From contig CAYLPP010000004.1 of the NCBI GenBank assembly GCA_964385615.1, forward strand, positions 39,494-103,493: DNA of 64,000 nt, written 5' to 3'. Below are positions 29,601 through 37,738 of this stretch, piece after piece (position 1 is the stretch's first letter; every line of letters starts with the position of its first letter). The notes below the pieces were generated by a model that ran no database searches, was not told the DNA's origin, and saw only the letters and a list, made by a program, of their open reading frames with translations. The position numbers and the translations under genes are program-made. This DNA comes from an uncultured bacterium (GTDB lineage Bacteria > Omnitrophota > Omnitrophia > Omnitrophales > Aquincolibacteriaceae).

Positions 29601-30937
29601 TGTTTTTATCGCCTTTCCGCGAACCCGAATTCGCCGTGCGTGCCCAGAATTTGGCATGGATCCGGGAAAACTTTTCAACCCCTGAAGATATTTACGCGGC
29701 TTTTGAAGCGATGACGGATTTGATTAAAGCCAATAAAGGTGAAATTTCCATTCCTTCGTCAACGGGCTATCAGGCGGCTATAAAAGCCAAGGTTGATTCC
29801 AAACCTGCGATTCCGCCTGTGCTGGCCGAAAACACCGCGGTCATTCTTAATGACGCTGATTTTATCGCTGAACTCAATCAGCTTCGGAGCCGTTTTGGAA
29901 AGCCTTCGCTGAAGCCGGAAGATTACGATTTGGCCCGGGCCCTGGCCTTTGAAGTTCAGAGGAGGCTTTTCGGCCGTGATGGGGTGAAGGCGTTTCGTGT
30001 CGGCGGGGAAAGAAGCAATCCTTACGACCGGATTTTAGAAGGAACCTTGCAGATTCTGGACCGGAATTCCGATTACGGCGCTGAAAACGTTCTTCCGAAT
30101 CCTTTTGGGTACACGGAAGACGAGAAAAGTAAAAACATTAATGAGTTGAGCGATCAGTTCGCCCGGCGTGTTTTCCTGCACGTTGTGGAAGGTCTTCGCC
30201 GGTCAGAGATCAGAAATAATCCGGCGGATATTACCGCGGTATCCCTGCTTGAAGGCAAACCGGGGACGCCTTCAGAATTATTAGTTCAGGCTCCGGTTGG
30301 GATTTCACCGCGGAAGACTTTGCGCGCGGTCCAAATCGTTACTGAGGTTTTTGATGGAATTGCGCCTACGGCTGGAATTCTCGGCATTTCGGCGGAAGTT
30401 CTGATTGACCGGATATCTGCCGGTGAAAGCGGAAAGGTTTCACCGTGGGTGCCGTTTACCGATGAACAAAGAAAACAGCTGAGCGGAGTGCTGGGAATTC
30501 GCGGGCATGGAACTCAAGCAAATGTTCTGATTACTGAACCCGTCGCTGGTATTGATAATGGCCTGCTCGCTTTACTCGGTGAAGCTGGAGAAGGCGTTCT
30601 GGTTATTTTGGTGGGCGCGGATGATCAGCAGAAGCGTATCGTCGCTGAAATGAATAAAGAATTAAAAGCCGTGAAGCGTCAAGAAATCCGGCTGGCTAAA
30701 GATACGGTCGAAGCCCGGAAGATCGCGGATCAATACACTAAGGGAAAAACCGTGATGCGGGCGTATGTCGACGTTTCAATGGTAGGCCGGTACGGTACGG
30801 CGCTGCGTAAACAGCTTGCGGATGTTATCCCGATGACTCCCAGAATGTACGAGAATATGAAGCAGGGGTTTGCCGCGGCGGCAGCCCGCCTGACGGCTTT
30901 CTTCGAAATCAGCAAACGGATCAAATCCGCGGCATAA
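23693..30937 (+). CDS. Giant multidomain protein (2414 aa), called giant 2 below, a paralog of giant 1. Its parts are a signal peptide, a TraB/GumN/Tiki-like N-domain, a TM helix with a Pro/Lys-rich linker, a sigma70-r4-like HTH, two RNAP alpha-CTD-like HhH domains, and the shared C-terminal domain.
   Basis: A single 7.2-kb ORF preceded by an AGAGG ribosome-binding site. Its N- and C-terminal regions align clearly to those of the upstream giant. Confidence 0.85.
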   Translation: MKKRDGRLVRKTSAAITAACFIAQQIFAPAVSSASEVQESSLRVPSIEIPAEIGSLETSGILEDQKPMIIQVQDAHGNYDAQKNIQKILQHLTAYEGVDLVLLEGGKGPLHPEILNFLPRRPDLNLEIADRLAQQSELSGAEIFLLDRYLAGKTLAAFGIENAPAYRENREAFQKVLRAREQSGNFLKDMEMQIDRLTAPHVNPQLKNFLRSYEAYESRQMDLTVWLRQLEELSRKHLGLDLDLAGSQKDWPMLTRYSRLRKLEPKLDKTRVENDKTAMLQKLRSLNVSKAVIEAFDNAVNMAPDNGVQASQIVKAVESVMEAVPSDFSFEPYGFLKAWIQFEVFQRELNGEALFAEVSKLEDLLSNQLARTETEKKLLALFKDYRALNKLFALELTREDYQNIQRSEDTMTPSAIAGRFSAVNKNKQVRDTQFIHLKELDALYSLALNFYRGALDRDHLMADNILETMQAQGKRRAVVVTGGFHSEGMQEYFQSKGFSYARISPRIQELGDNKAYIRAMLDEDVEIKKSQVADILVEQFGEVQLELGSASHLTRKDAVIYRVMRDVVEHAGARSEMRGRRDWIYGIGLVTAIGLAAYAAFRPLPVNPPAQQDVPAKVAELEPKPVQQEKKVEEKKPAPIPEVVPLPQPEKKAPIVKIDEPVIDKAETLRVWGKREVPKISPEKLEALVTSDLNAEQIRYLLKYDKRSKQLESAGAGKNTVWSIEAGVRHITEAKLNKAEKAEFEATKGAIEEFLKELKEDGAFKEGQTALDLYYFFFRPLFVVQDRHGAAAAKWVVEMQIAYFTVKNNFEINLKGLTEKSLSATYIRTIEDYLNADEWKANGGERLKIAFALSILYAQMDNYKQVIWRNHDWSKFKRLELPAELELYRFYGEKGLGKDALERMELELKAEIRGPRPLGKNNAWNNRPNLPQRYVGLYEEVYSRTWYYSTMHRERFYRPGDFRLGATPNPWFPTHTLMYFHISRMDWVQKRASDVTGVSREPYFIAPVAIQLPSDNIRKNKFPIIIPARPDAVWGAMGLGDRSSQRAEDIFSFHLSNPSAWKPGEKDELQYLDQVFDAAKMKDFSKQFRALWDSGKVRKLYVQDYGEFLVDDFLKKFIDQNYFDVFNGQLKGNEKYFDDLAKALRTQYPKLPYDYQVYLQIPLLRYEAGKNLKLDDDYMAYLRADLYQSAAQLARDIYVNNTQALIGSAYRQGIYDTPGVLAYVERHIIFRPMVEKLLGRELVLSDPHSNDSGRLSAFVNEIYKRDIDPDIWYLITRYTLEESTQKSALEFYNAVMGTELTSLGLNDKDEKLAAVRFGVLLSYAAEDILHPGRMEKIKTFLKTPAMRRKAVEFAIRTRGAFRSEPDLTGDDLKRAADALEKDLLEQKNSEALVRYTGYLIGQARTAVLKDVLDSDENFKEWVELTDALIKVLDPRAPKKRSEARAVSRAPESFEADFIEAFLNSKLMDLTDRERVVFTRRFAEKKKVNEIAAELKIAGPAVSKVIASLQLKTDYFSVNIYGKPLLDPRKLNELPVERVGYLDQKTLTAWKGRGINNLKDLVTRMPELLDDPQKTGPALKIVSQYLIALGVNLNLGLIMDLTPEASSALEAMTLQEYLVQENAYQLLLRVQAVQDPLFLPQKKREERPGKLRQLGVNTVGDLLKVGLDAFRQAGFTSSDIKLIAAVLKVQPAGTSARSELRSEETKPEAQGKAVPVRSEVLQRVRSLKTDEVEKLTTEDLAGIVRELVESGILKDYEGLQVLLTLFSAGPATGKGALMSATFLAEEEGEIAPYQDLVDKFVLFHTRAPRVDKKGRSEKNGRAYYFVKTEDLKQLAAELGEDVLVVREINREVQALARKNFTLPHVEVGEVTGSGQLQPGDLVVSFDASQGLLVIQRGEFTIPLTGVTIPEGSAGYFLNGDKIEKVEGPAVYVSRQIKGIEETFKSGKLTILEGGYEWFKWVKEHYPEVLTMFLSPFREPEFAVRAQNLAWIRENFSTPEDIYAAFEAMTDLIKANKGEISIPSSTGYQAAIKAKVDSKPAIPPVLAENTAVILNDADFIAELNQLRSRFGKPSLKPEDYDLARALAFEVQRRLFGRDGVKAFRVGGERSNPYDRILEGTLQILDRNSDYGAENVLPNPFGYTEDEKSKNINELSDQFARRVFLHVVEGLRRSEIRNNPADITAVSLLEGKPGTPSELLVQAPVGISPRKTLRAVQIVTEVFDGIAPTAGILGISAEVLIDRISAGESGKVSPWVPFTDEQRKQLSGVLGIRGHGTQANVLITEPVAGIDNGLLALLGEAGEGVLVILVGADDQQKRIVAEMNKELKAVKRQEIRLAKDTVEARKIADQYTKGKTVMRAYVDVSMVGRYGTALRKQLADVIPMTPRMYENMKQGFAAAAARLTAFFEISKRIKSAA

Positions 30938-30965
30938 TTTTAAGACGGCAGTCCGTAAGGACAAA

Positions 30966-31006
30966 AACCCGTTTCCCGCCCTCGGGCGGGGAGCGGGTTA
31001 TTTTTT
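30966..31006 (+). terminator. Rho-independent terminator after giant 2
   Basis: AACCCGtttCCCGCCCtcgGGGCGGGgagCGGGTT forms a nested GC-rich hairpin, followed by ATTTTTT. Confidence 0.65.
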
Positions 31007-31018
31007 ACCATATTAAGA

Positions 31019-31047
31019 CTTTTATAATGAAAGAACTGTGATATAAT
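31019..31047 (+). promoter_or_regulatory. Candidate typA promoter with an extended -10 (TGaTATAAT at 31039-31047). A second TATAAT lies at 31023-31028.
   Basis: Sequence motif only. The leader is short or absent, and there is no clear SD before the ATG at 31058. Confidence 0.3.
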
Positions 31048-31057
31048 CCCCGGCTCT

Positions 31058-32902
31058 ATGACTACTCAGAAAAGAAGGAAAGAACTTCGTAACGTCGCTA
31101 TTATCGCTCACGTCGACCACGGCAAAACCACGCTCGTTGACGCGATTTTAAAGCAGACCGGCGCCTATGATTTCAAGGAAGGCGAGACCACGATTATGGA
31201 CTCGAACCCCCTTGAAAAAGAGCGCGGGATTACGATTTTCTCCAAGAACGCTTCCTGCCGTTTTAAAGATACCCAGATTAATATTGTGGATACGCCCGGC
31301 CACGCGGACTTCGGGTCCGAAGTGGAACGCATCCTTAAAATGGTCGACGGCGTGCTTCTATTAGTAGACGCTTTTGACGGCCCCATGCCTCAGACCAAGT
31401 TTGTGCTTAAAAAGTCGCTCGAGCTTCATTTGAAGCCGATTCTCGTGGTCAACAAGATTGACCGCCCCGGCGCGCGTCCTCAGGAAGTCGTGGATATGGC
31501 TTTTGATCTTTTCTGCGAATTAAACGCGACGGATGAACAGCTGGATTTCCCGATCGTGTTCGCTTCCGGCAAAGACGGAATTGCCAAAATCGATCTCAAA
31601 GATGAAAGTAAAGACATCACCCCTCTTTTGGACACGATTCTTCACCGCGTGCTTCCTCCTGTCGCGGATCCCGACCTTAACTTTCAAATGCTGATCACCA
31701 TGCTGGATTATGATTCTTATGTCGGGCGCATCGCGATCGGCCGTATTACCAATGGAAAAATTTCCACCGGGGATTCGATGGTTTGCGTGAAGCGTGACGG
31801 CAGTATCATCCGGGGCAAAGCCACTAAAATTCTGAAATATATTGGTCTAAAGCGCATTGAAGCTGAAAGCGCTGAAGCCGGCGATATTATTTCCATCGCG
31901 GGTATCGACGATATCAAAGTGGGCGAGACGCTCGCGCATCCTGACAATCCCAAGGCGCTTCCCACGATTAAAGTGGATGAGCCGACGATTTCCATGAATT
32001 TTTCCCACAACACCAGCCCTCTTTGCGGTAAGGACGGCGGGCGTTTCCTGACTTCCCGCCACATTCGGGAACGGCTGGAGCACGAAGCGATGATGAACGT
32101 GGGTATTAAGATTGAAGAAGTTGAAGGCGGGGAGCGGTTCAAGGTTTCCGGCCGCGGGGAACTTCACCTTTCTATTTTGATCGAAACCATGCGCCGTGAA
32201 GGTTATGAGCTTGAAGTCTCTCGCCCGCGCGTGATCCTTAAGGAAGTCGATAAGGAAATCCTTGAGCCTGTTGAAGAACTCACGGTTGAAGTCGACCCCA
32301 ATTATCAGGGCGCGGTTATGCAGGCGCTGGGTTCCCGCAAGGCTGAAATGAAAAATATGCAGAACAGCGCGGTTGGCGGTACCGTCCGGCTTGAATATTT
32401 GATTCCCTCGCGCGCTTTGATCGGTTTCCGCAGTGAATTTATGACCATGACCCGCGGCACCGGAATTTTGTATCAAAACTTTTTTGAATACCAGAAATTT
32501 AAAGGGGATCTGCCTGAGCGTCCGTCCGGTGTTTTGGTTTCTCAGGATAACGGTAAAGCCGTTGCTTACGCGCTTTGGGGTTTGCAGGAACGCGGTGAGA
32601 TTTTCACAAGGCCCGGCGATGAAATTTATGAAGGCATGATCGTGGGTGTCAATAATAAGGGCAATGACTTGGTTGTGAACGCGATCCGCGAAAAGAAGCT
32701 TACCAATATGCGCTCGACCGGTACGGACGAAGCCATTCAGCTGGTTCCGCCCCGTGAAATGACACTGGAATTCGCTCTCGATTTTATTGAAGATGATGAA
32801 TTGGTTGAAATTACCCCCAAGAATGTCCGTCTGCGCAAACGTTATCTGACTGAAAACGAACGCAAGACTTCTGCCCGCGGCGCCGCCCTTCGCGGACAGT
32901 AA
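31058..32902 (+). CDS. typA: Translational GTPase TypA/BipA
   Basis: G-domain motifs (AIIAHVDHGKTTLVD, DTPGHADF, NKID) and the EF-G-like domain order; 614 aa. Confidence 0.9.
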   Translation: MTTQKRRKELRNVAIIAHVDHGKTTLVDAILKQTGAYDFKEGETTIMDSNPLEKERGITIFSKNASCRFKDTQINIVDTPGHADFGSEVERILKMVDGVLLLVDAFDGPMPQTKFVLKKSLELHLKPILVVNKIDRPGARPQEVVDMAFDLFCELNATDEQLDFPIVFASGKDGIAKIDLKDESKDITPLLDTILHRVLPPVADPDLNFQMLITMLDYDSYVGRIAIGRITNGKISTGDSMVCVKRDGSIIRGKATKILKYIGLKRIEAESAEAGDIISIAGIDDIKVGETLAHPDNPKALPTIKVDEPTISMNFSHNTSPLCGKDGGRFLTSRHIRERLEHEAMMNVGIKIEEVEGGERFKVSGRGELHLSILIETMRREGYELEVSRPRVILKEVDKEILEPVEELTVEVDPNYQGAVMQALGSRKAEMKNMQNSAVGGTVRLEYLIPSRALIGFRSEFMTMTRGTGILYQNFFEYQKFKGDLPERPSGVLVSQDNGKAVAYALWGLQERGEIFTRPGDEIYEGMIVGVNNKGNDLVVNAIREKKLTNMRSTGTDEAIQLVPPREMTLEFALDFIEDDELVEITPKNVRLRKRYLTENERKTSARGAALRGQ

Positions 32903-32972
32903 GAATTCTGCCGATAAAGTTTTCTCGCATTTTTCCGTGAATAGGATATAATGCTCCCATTCGCGAAAGGTT

Positions 32973-33470
32973 TTGAAAGTGTCTAAGAAAAAAGCTGTTT
33001 CCAAGTCGGTTGATTCGCTTTTATCTGAGAAGAAGATTTATCAGATTGTGAACCCTCGCCTCGTCCAGGCCCCTCCTACTTTTACCGTTAATGAAGCCGT
33101 CCGTTTAATGCAGGAAAGAAAAGCCGGCTCCGTCGTTATCGCTGAAAAGAAAAAACCGGGGGGTTTTTTCACGGAAACGGACATTATCCAGAAAATTATG
33201 GGCTGTGACGTGAACTGGAGCTTTCCGGTTCGTGATTACATGACGCCTAACCCGGTCTGCCTCCGTATGGAAGACACGGTCGGCCAGGCTATTGATGTGA
33301 TGGGTACTAACCGCTTCTATCATATTCCCCTGGTGAATGAAAAAGGGGAGCTTGTGAACGTGATTTCCGTGCGTACTTTGATCCGCTTTTTGGCTGAGTT
33401 TTATCCGGCCGAAGTGCTTAACCTGCCTCCGGTTCCAGATCAAATCATGGAATCCAGAGAGGGAGGCTAA
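32973..33470 (+). CDS. CBS-domain pair protein
   Basis: Two CBS repeats (TVNEAVRLMQERKAGSVVIAE and GQAIDVMGTNRFYHIPLVNEKGELVNVISVRTL). The start codon is TTG. Confidence 0.7.
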   Translation: MKVSKKKAVSKSVDSLLSEKKIYQIVNPRLVQAPPTFTVNEAVRLMQERKAGSVVIAEKKKPGGFFTETDIIQKIMGCDVNWSFPVRDYMTPNPVCLRMEDTVGQAIDVMGTNRFYHIPLVNEKGELVNVISVRTLIRFLAEFYPAEVLNLPPVPDQIMESREGG

Positions 33471-33472
33471 GC

Positions 33473-35314
33473 GTGGCTGATACAAAAATTAAAAAGAAAG
33501 TTCCCGCGATTACCGTCCGCTTTGCCGGAGATTCCGGTGACGGGATGCAGTTGACGGGGGATCAGTTTGCCGATACGACGGCAGTCATGGGCAATGACTT
33601 TTCGACTCTGCCGGATTTCCCGGCTGAAATTCGCGCCCCTGCCGGAACCCTCCCCGGCGTCAGCAGTTTCCAGATCCAGTTTTCCGAATCCGTCATCTAC
33701 ACACCTGGGGATATTGCCGACGTGCTTGTCGCGATGAACCCCGCGGCGCTTAAGATCAATATTCCGATGGTTAAAAAAGGCGGACTCATGATTATTAATG
33801 AGAACGCTTTTAATGAGGTTGGTTTGCGCAAAGCTAATCTCAAAAATAACCCTCTGACCGATGATACGCTTAAAGACTGGCAGGTTCTGAAGGTTCCTCT
33901 TTCGGATTTAACGCGGAATGCTCTTAAAGATCATCCGATTAAAATGACCGAAGTGGACCGCTGTAAAAACTTTTTCGCCCTCGGCATGATGTTCTGGCTT
34001 TATGACCGTCAGCTGGATCATACCGTCGGCTGGATTCAAAATAAATTCGCGAAGAAACCTGAAATTATGAACGCGAACGTAGCCGCGCTGAAAGCCGGCT
34101 ACAATTACGCGGACATTACGGAAGTCCTGACCACGCAATATCAGGTAGCTCAGACCAAGCTTGAGCCCGGAACTTACCGTAAAATTATGGGAAATGAAGC
34201 GACTGCTATCGGGCTTGTCGCGGCGTCTCTGCTTTCCGATAAACCTCTTTTTTACGGTTCTTACCCGATTACTCCAGCCAGTTCGATTCTTGAAGGTCTT
34301 TCCCGTTATAAACATTACGGGGTTAAAACTTTTCAGGCGGAAGACGAAATCGCGGCGATTGGCGTGACCATTGGCGCAGCTTTCGGCGGCGACTTGGCCG
34401 TCACGGGAACCAGCGGCCCGGGCCTTTGCCTTAAATCTGAAGCTTTAAACCTTGCGGTCATGGCTGAACTTCCGATTGTTGTTATTGATGTTCAGCGCGG
34501 CGGACCCAGTACCGGAATGCCGACTAAAACGGAGCAGACAGACTTGCTTCAGGCTATGTTCGGCCGGAACGGGGAATCGCCGGTTTGCATCGTGGCACCC
34601 AGCACGCCTGCCAACTGTTTTGATATGGCTCTTGAAGCCTGCAGAATCGCGATGAAATTTATGGTGCCGGTTATCTATCTTTCGGAAGGCTATCTGTCCA
34701 GCGCTTCAGAGCCCTGGAAATTGCCGGATATTGCTAAGCTCCCTAAAATTGAAATTAAGCATCCAACCTCAGCGGGCCCTGAAGGCTATATGCCGTACGC
34801 GCGCAATCCTGAAACTCTGGCCAGACCTTGGGCGCTTCCGGGGACTAAAGGCTTAGAGCACCGGATCGGCGGTCTTTCCAAAGCGGATATGACCGGCAAC
34901 GTGAGCTATGATCCGGATAACAATCAGAAGATGATTAATTTCCGCGCGGAAAAAGTTCAGCGGATTGCTAATGATATTCCGGAGCTTGAAGTTCGCGGGG
35001 CGCAATCCGGCAAACTGCTGGTGCTGGGATGGGGCGGTACTTACGGCCCGATTTATCAGGCGGTTTCTGAGTTTCAAGACGCAAAGTCCAAGATTGGACA
35101 GGCGCATCTTCATTACATTAACCCCTTTCCCAAAAATTTGGGTGCGGTTTTGAAAAAATTCGAAAAGGTTCTGATTCCGGAATTAAACTCCGGTCATCTG
35201 GCCATGCTGATCCGCAATCAGTTTCCTGGAACCGAAGTGATCGGCTTGAATAAAGTGCAAGGCCAGCCGTTTAAAGTTTTTGAAATTGTCCGCAAGATCA
35301 AGGAGATCGTATGA
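33473..35314 (+). CDS. korA: 2-oxoacid:ferredoxin oxidoreductase, fused gamma/alpha subunit (KorA/OorA-like)
   Basis: A 613-aa protein with an N-terminal gamma-type domain (ITVRFAGDSGDGMQLTGDQFA) followed by an alpha-subunit TPP/pyrimidine-binding region. The start codon is GTG. Confidence 0.8.
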   Translation: MADTKIKKKVPAITVRFAGDSGDGMQLTGDQFADTTAVMGNDFSTLPDFPAEIRAPAGTLPGVSSFQIQFSESVIYTPGDIADVLVAMNPAALKINIPMVKKGGLMIINENAFNEVGLRKANLKNNPLTDDTLKDWQVLKVPLSDLTRNALKDHPIKMTEVDRCKNFFALGMMFWLYDRQLDHTVGWIQNKFAKKPEIMNANVAALKAGYNYADITEVLTTQYQVAQTKLEPGTYRKIMGNEATAIGLVAASLLSDKPLFYGSYPITPASSILEGLSRYKHYGVKTFQAEDEIAAIGVTIGAAFGGDLAVTGTSGPGLCLKSEALNLAVMAELPIVVIDVQRGGPSTGMPTKTEQTDLLQAMFGRNGESPVCIVAPSTPANCFDMALEACRIAMKFMVPVIYLSEGYLSSASEPWKLPDIAKLPKIEIKHPTSAGPEGYMPYARNPETLARPWALPGTKGLEHRIGGLSKADMTGNVSYDPDNNQKMINFRAEKVQRIANDIPELEVRGAQSGKLLVLGWGGTYGPIYQAVSEFQDAKSKIGQAHLHYINPFPKNLGAVLKKFEKVLIPELNSGHLAMLIRNQFPGTEVIGLNKVQGQPFKVFEIVRKIKEIV

Positions 35315-36345
35315 GCCCTGAAACTTCGGCGCCTCAAGTGCCCTCTCAGCCCCCGTTCACTAAAGAAAGTTTTGTTTCGGGGCAGGAAGTCCGTTGGTGC
35401 CCCGGATGCGGAGATTACGCTATTCTGGCGACCGCGCAGCGAACTTTGGCTAAATTCGATCTGCCTAAAGAAAAATACGTGTTTGTTTCCGGCATCGGCT
35501 GTTCCAGCCGGTTTCCGTATTACATGAATACTTACGGGTTTCACACGATTCACGGCCGCGCGCCCACGATTGCCAGCGGTTTGAAATGCGCCAATCCTGA
35601 GCTTTCGGTTTGGGTTATCACGGGCGACGGTGATGGTCTTTCCATCGGCGGGAATCATTTGGTTCACTGTATGCGCCGGAACGTGGATCTGAACATCTTG
35701 CTTGTGAATAACCAGATTTACGGTTTAACCAAAGGTCAGTATTCTCCGACTTCCGAATTCGGAAAAGTCACGAAGTCAACGCCTATGGGCTCGATCGACT
35801 ATCCGATCAACGCTCTTTGCATCGCGATTGCTTCGGAAGCGACGTTTATCGCCCGTACGCTTGATTCCGACCCTCTGCATATGAGCTATGTCATGGAACG
35901 CGCGATGAAGCACAAGGGAATTTCTTTTGTGGAAATCTACCAGAATTGCGTGATTTTCAATGATAAGGCTTTTGGTCCGGTTACCGGGCGCGAAAACCGC
36001 GAAGACCGTATGGTTTACCTGGAACACGGCAAACCTCTGGTTTTTGGTAAGGAAAAAAATAAAGCGGTGCGTCTTAACGGTTTGAAACCGGAAGTCATGG
36101 ATTATAAATCAGGCGACACGGGGCTGATTGTTCATGATGAAAAAAGCGTGACGCCTCATTATGCTTACCTTTTGACGCAGATGACTTATCCGGAAATGCC
36201 GGTGCCTTTCGGAGTTTTTCGCGCCATTGAGAAACCGACCTACAACGAAATGATGGATGCCCAAATCGCGGAAGCGGTCAAGAAACGCGGGAAAGGGTCC
36301 GTTCAGGATCTCCTTTACCGTGCTGAGACCTGGACTGTGAAATAG
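35311..36345 (+). CDS. korB: 2-oxoacid:ferredoxin oxidoreductase beta subunit (TPP-binding)
   Basis: Cys motif CPGCGDY and TPP motif GDGDGLSIGGNH. It overlaps the korA stop. Confidence 0.85.
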   Translation: MSPETSAPQVPSQPPFTKESFVSGQEVRWCPGCGDYAILATAQRTLAKFDLPKEKYVFVSGIGCSSRFPYYMNTYGFHTIHGRAPTIASGLKCANPELSVWVITGDGDGLSIGGNHLVHCMRRNVDLNILLVNNQIYGLTKGQYSPTSEFGKVTKSTPMGSIDYPINALCIAIASEATFIARTLDSDPLHMSYVMERAMKHKGISFVEIYQNCVIFNDKAFGPVTGRENREDRMVYLEHGKPLVFGKEKNKAVRLNGLKPEVMDYKSGDTGLIVHDEKSVTPHYAYLLTQMTYPEMPVPFGVFRAIEKPTYNEMMDAQIAEAVKKRGKGSVQDLLYRAETWTVK

Positions 36346-36353
36346 GTGAAACC

Positions 36354-36926
36354 ATGAAATGTCCGTCTTGCGGATTTGAAAATATCGAGGGTGAAGACCG
36401 CTGCGCTCAGTGTCTTCACACCCTGCATCACACCGCCCTGCCCAAGAAAACAGCTGACACGATTAAAGACGCCATTATGTCGGCGCCTATTTCTGAGCTG
36501 ATTACCGGAGAAGACCTGCTGGTTGCCGCGACGACGGATAAAATCGATAAGATTCTTCGTATTTTCCAGACGAGGAAAAAAAATTGTGTGGTGGTCTATC
36601 AGCGCAAGAAATTAGTAGGGATTTTAAGCAACCGTGACATTCTCTGGAAAGTCGCGGGTAAGTACAAAGATCTCTCCAAGGTCACCGTGGAAGAAGTCAT
36701 GACGCCCAATCCTGAATATGTCATGCCGGAGCATCCCATTGCTTTTGCCGTGAATAAAATGGCGATGGGCGGTTTCCGCCATGTTCCAGTCCTCAACGAA
36801 GCCGGCGAACCTCTGAGCATCATCCTGATCAAGGATGTCCTTGCTTACCTTGCTGAGCGGGAGCGTAAGAAGCCTGCCGCGCCCAAAAGTCCCGCTTCGA
36901 AAAAATCTTCAAAAAAGAAAAAGTAA
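36354..36926 (+). CDS. Zinc-ribbon plus CBS-pair protein with a Lys-rich tail
   Basis: The zinc ribbon is MKCPSCGF...CAQC, followed by two CBS motifs (GILSNRDIL, GFRHVPVLNEAGEPLSIILIKDV). The C-terminus is KKSSKKKK. Confidence 0.7.
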   Translation: MKCPSCGFENIEGEDRCAQCLHTLHHTALPKKTADTIKDAIMSAPISELITGEDLLVAATTDKIDKILRIFQTRKKNCVVVYQRKKLVGILSNRDILWKVAGKYKDLSKVTVEEVMTPNPEYVMPEHPIAFAVNKMAMGGFRHVPVLNEAGEPLSIILIKDVLAYLAERERKKPAAPKSPASKKSSKKKK

Positions 36927-36964
36927 TCCGGAAGGCGATGTTCCGCCTGGATAGAGGAGATTTC

Positions 36965-37738
36965 ATGAAAAAAATTTTCCCCGCGCTTCTCATTCTGGCT
37001 GTTGCTTTTTCGGGATGCTTTAAGAAAAAAGACCGTATTTCTCCTGAAGAGGAAAAAGCCGTGAACGCGGTTCTCGCGCATTGGGAGACTTGGGTTCCCT
37101 CCCGTCAAAAAGCCGGAACAGCCCCTCTTTTAACTTTTGAGGAACTTTATGCCGGTTTAGCGGATGACGGAAAAAATTTTCTCGATAAAATCCGGGCTTT
37201 GAAGCCCGGAGGAGTGTTTCCGGATCCCCAAAAAACTTTTCTGGCCCGTATTGACGGTCAAAAGCTTGAGCGCGGAGGAAAACCCGTGACGATCGACACG
37301 CAATATCTTCCCACGGAAGTTTACAGCGCGCTTCGGGTGATGCTCACGGAGATGCAGAAAGATTTGGGAAAGCAGCTTCTTGTTGAATCCGGCTACCGCT
37401 CACCGGCCTACCAGCTTTATCAGTTTGTTTTTTATATGCCCAAGCACGGCTATTCCATTTCTGAAACGAACCGCTGGGTCGCTCTCCCGGGGCACAGTGA
37501 ACACGGCAATCCCGCGCGTCAGGCCGTCGATTTTATTAATATGCAGGGGATTAACGGCGATGATAACGGCCAAACTGCGGAAACATTTGAAAAGCTTCCG
37601 GAATATGACTGGCTTCAGCGCCGGGCGGGAGAATTTGGATTTGAGTTGTCCTATCCCAAAGGCAAGAAAGACACGGTTTTTGAGCCCTGGCACTGGCATT
37701 ATGCCGGAGAAAGCGCCGCTCCTTCCAATAAAGCATGA
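36965..37738 (+). CDS. Lipoprotein of the peptidase M15 (VanY/D,D-carboxypeptidase-like) family
   Basis: Lipobox LAVAFSGC. M15 zinc-site motifs are SGYRS, H..G.A.D (SEHGNPARQAVDF) and EPWHWHY. Confidence 0.7.
   Translation: MKKIFPALLILAVAFSGCFKKKDRISPEEEKAVNAVLAHWETWVPSRQKAGTAPLLTFEELYAGLADDGKNFLDKIRALKPGGVFPDPQKTFLARIDGQKLERGGKPVTIDTQYLPTEVYSALRVMLTEMQKDLGKQLLVESGYRSPAYQLYQFVFYMPKHGYSISETNRWVALPGHSEHGNPARQAVDFINMQGINGDDNGQTAETFEKLPEYDWLQRRAGEFGFELSYPKGKKDTVFEPWHWHYAGESAAPSNKA

Noticed and set aside
31847-33004. 385-aa ORF on the minus strand
   Set aside because: It lies entirely antisense to the well-supported typA gene. Its composition is driven by the codon structure of the sense gene, so it is a shadow ORF.
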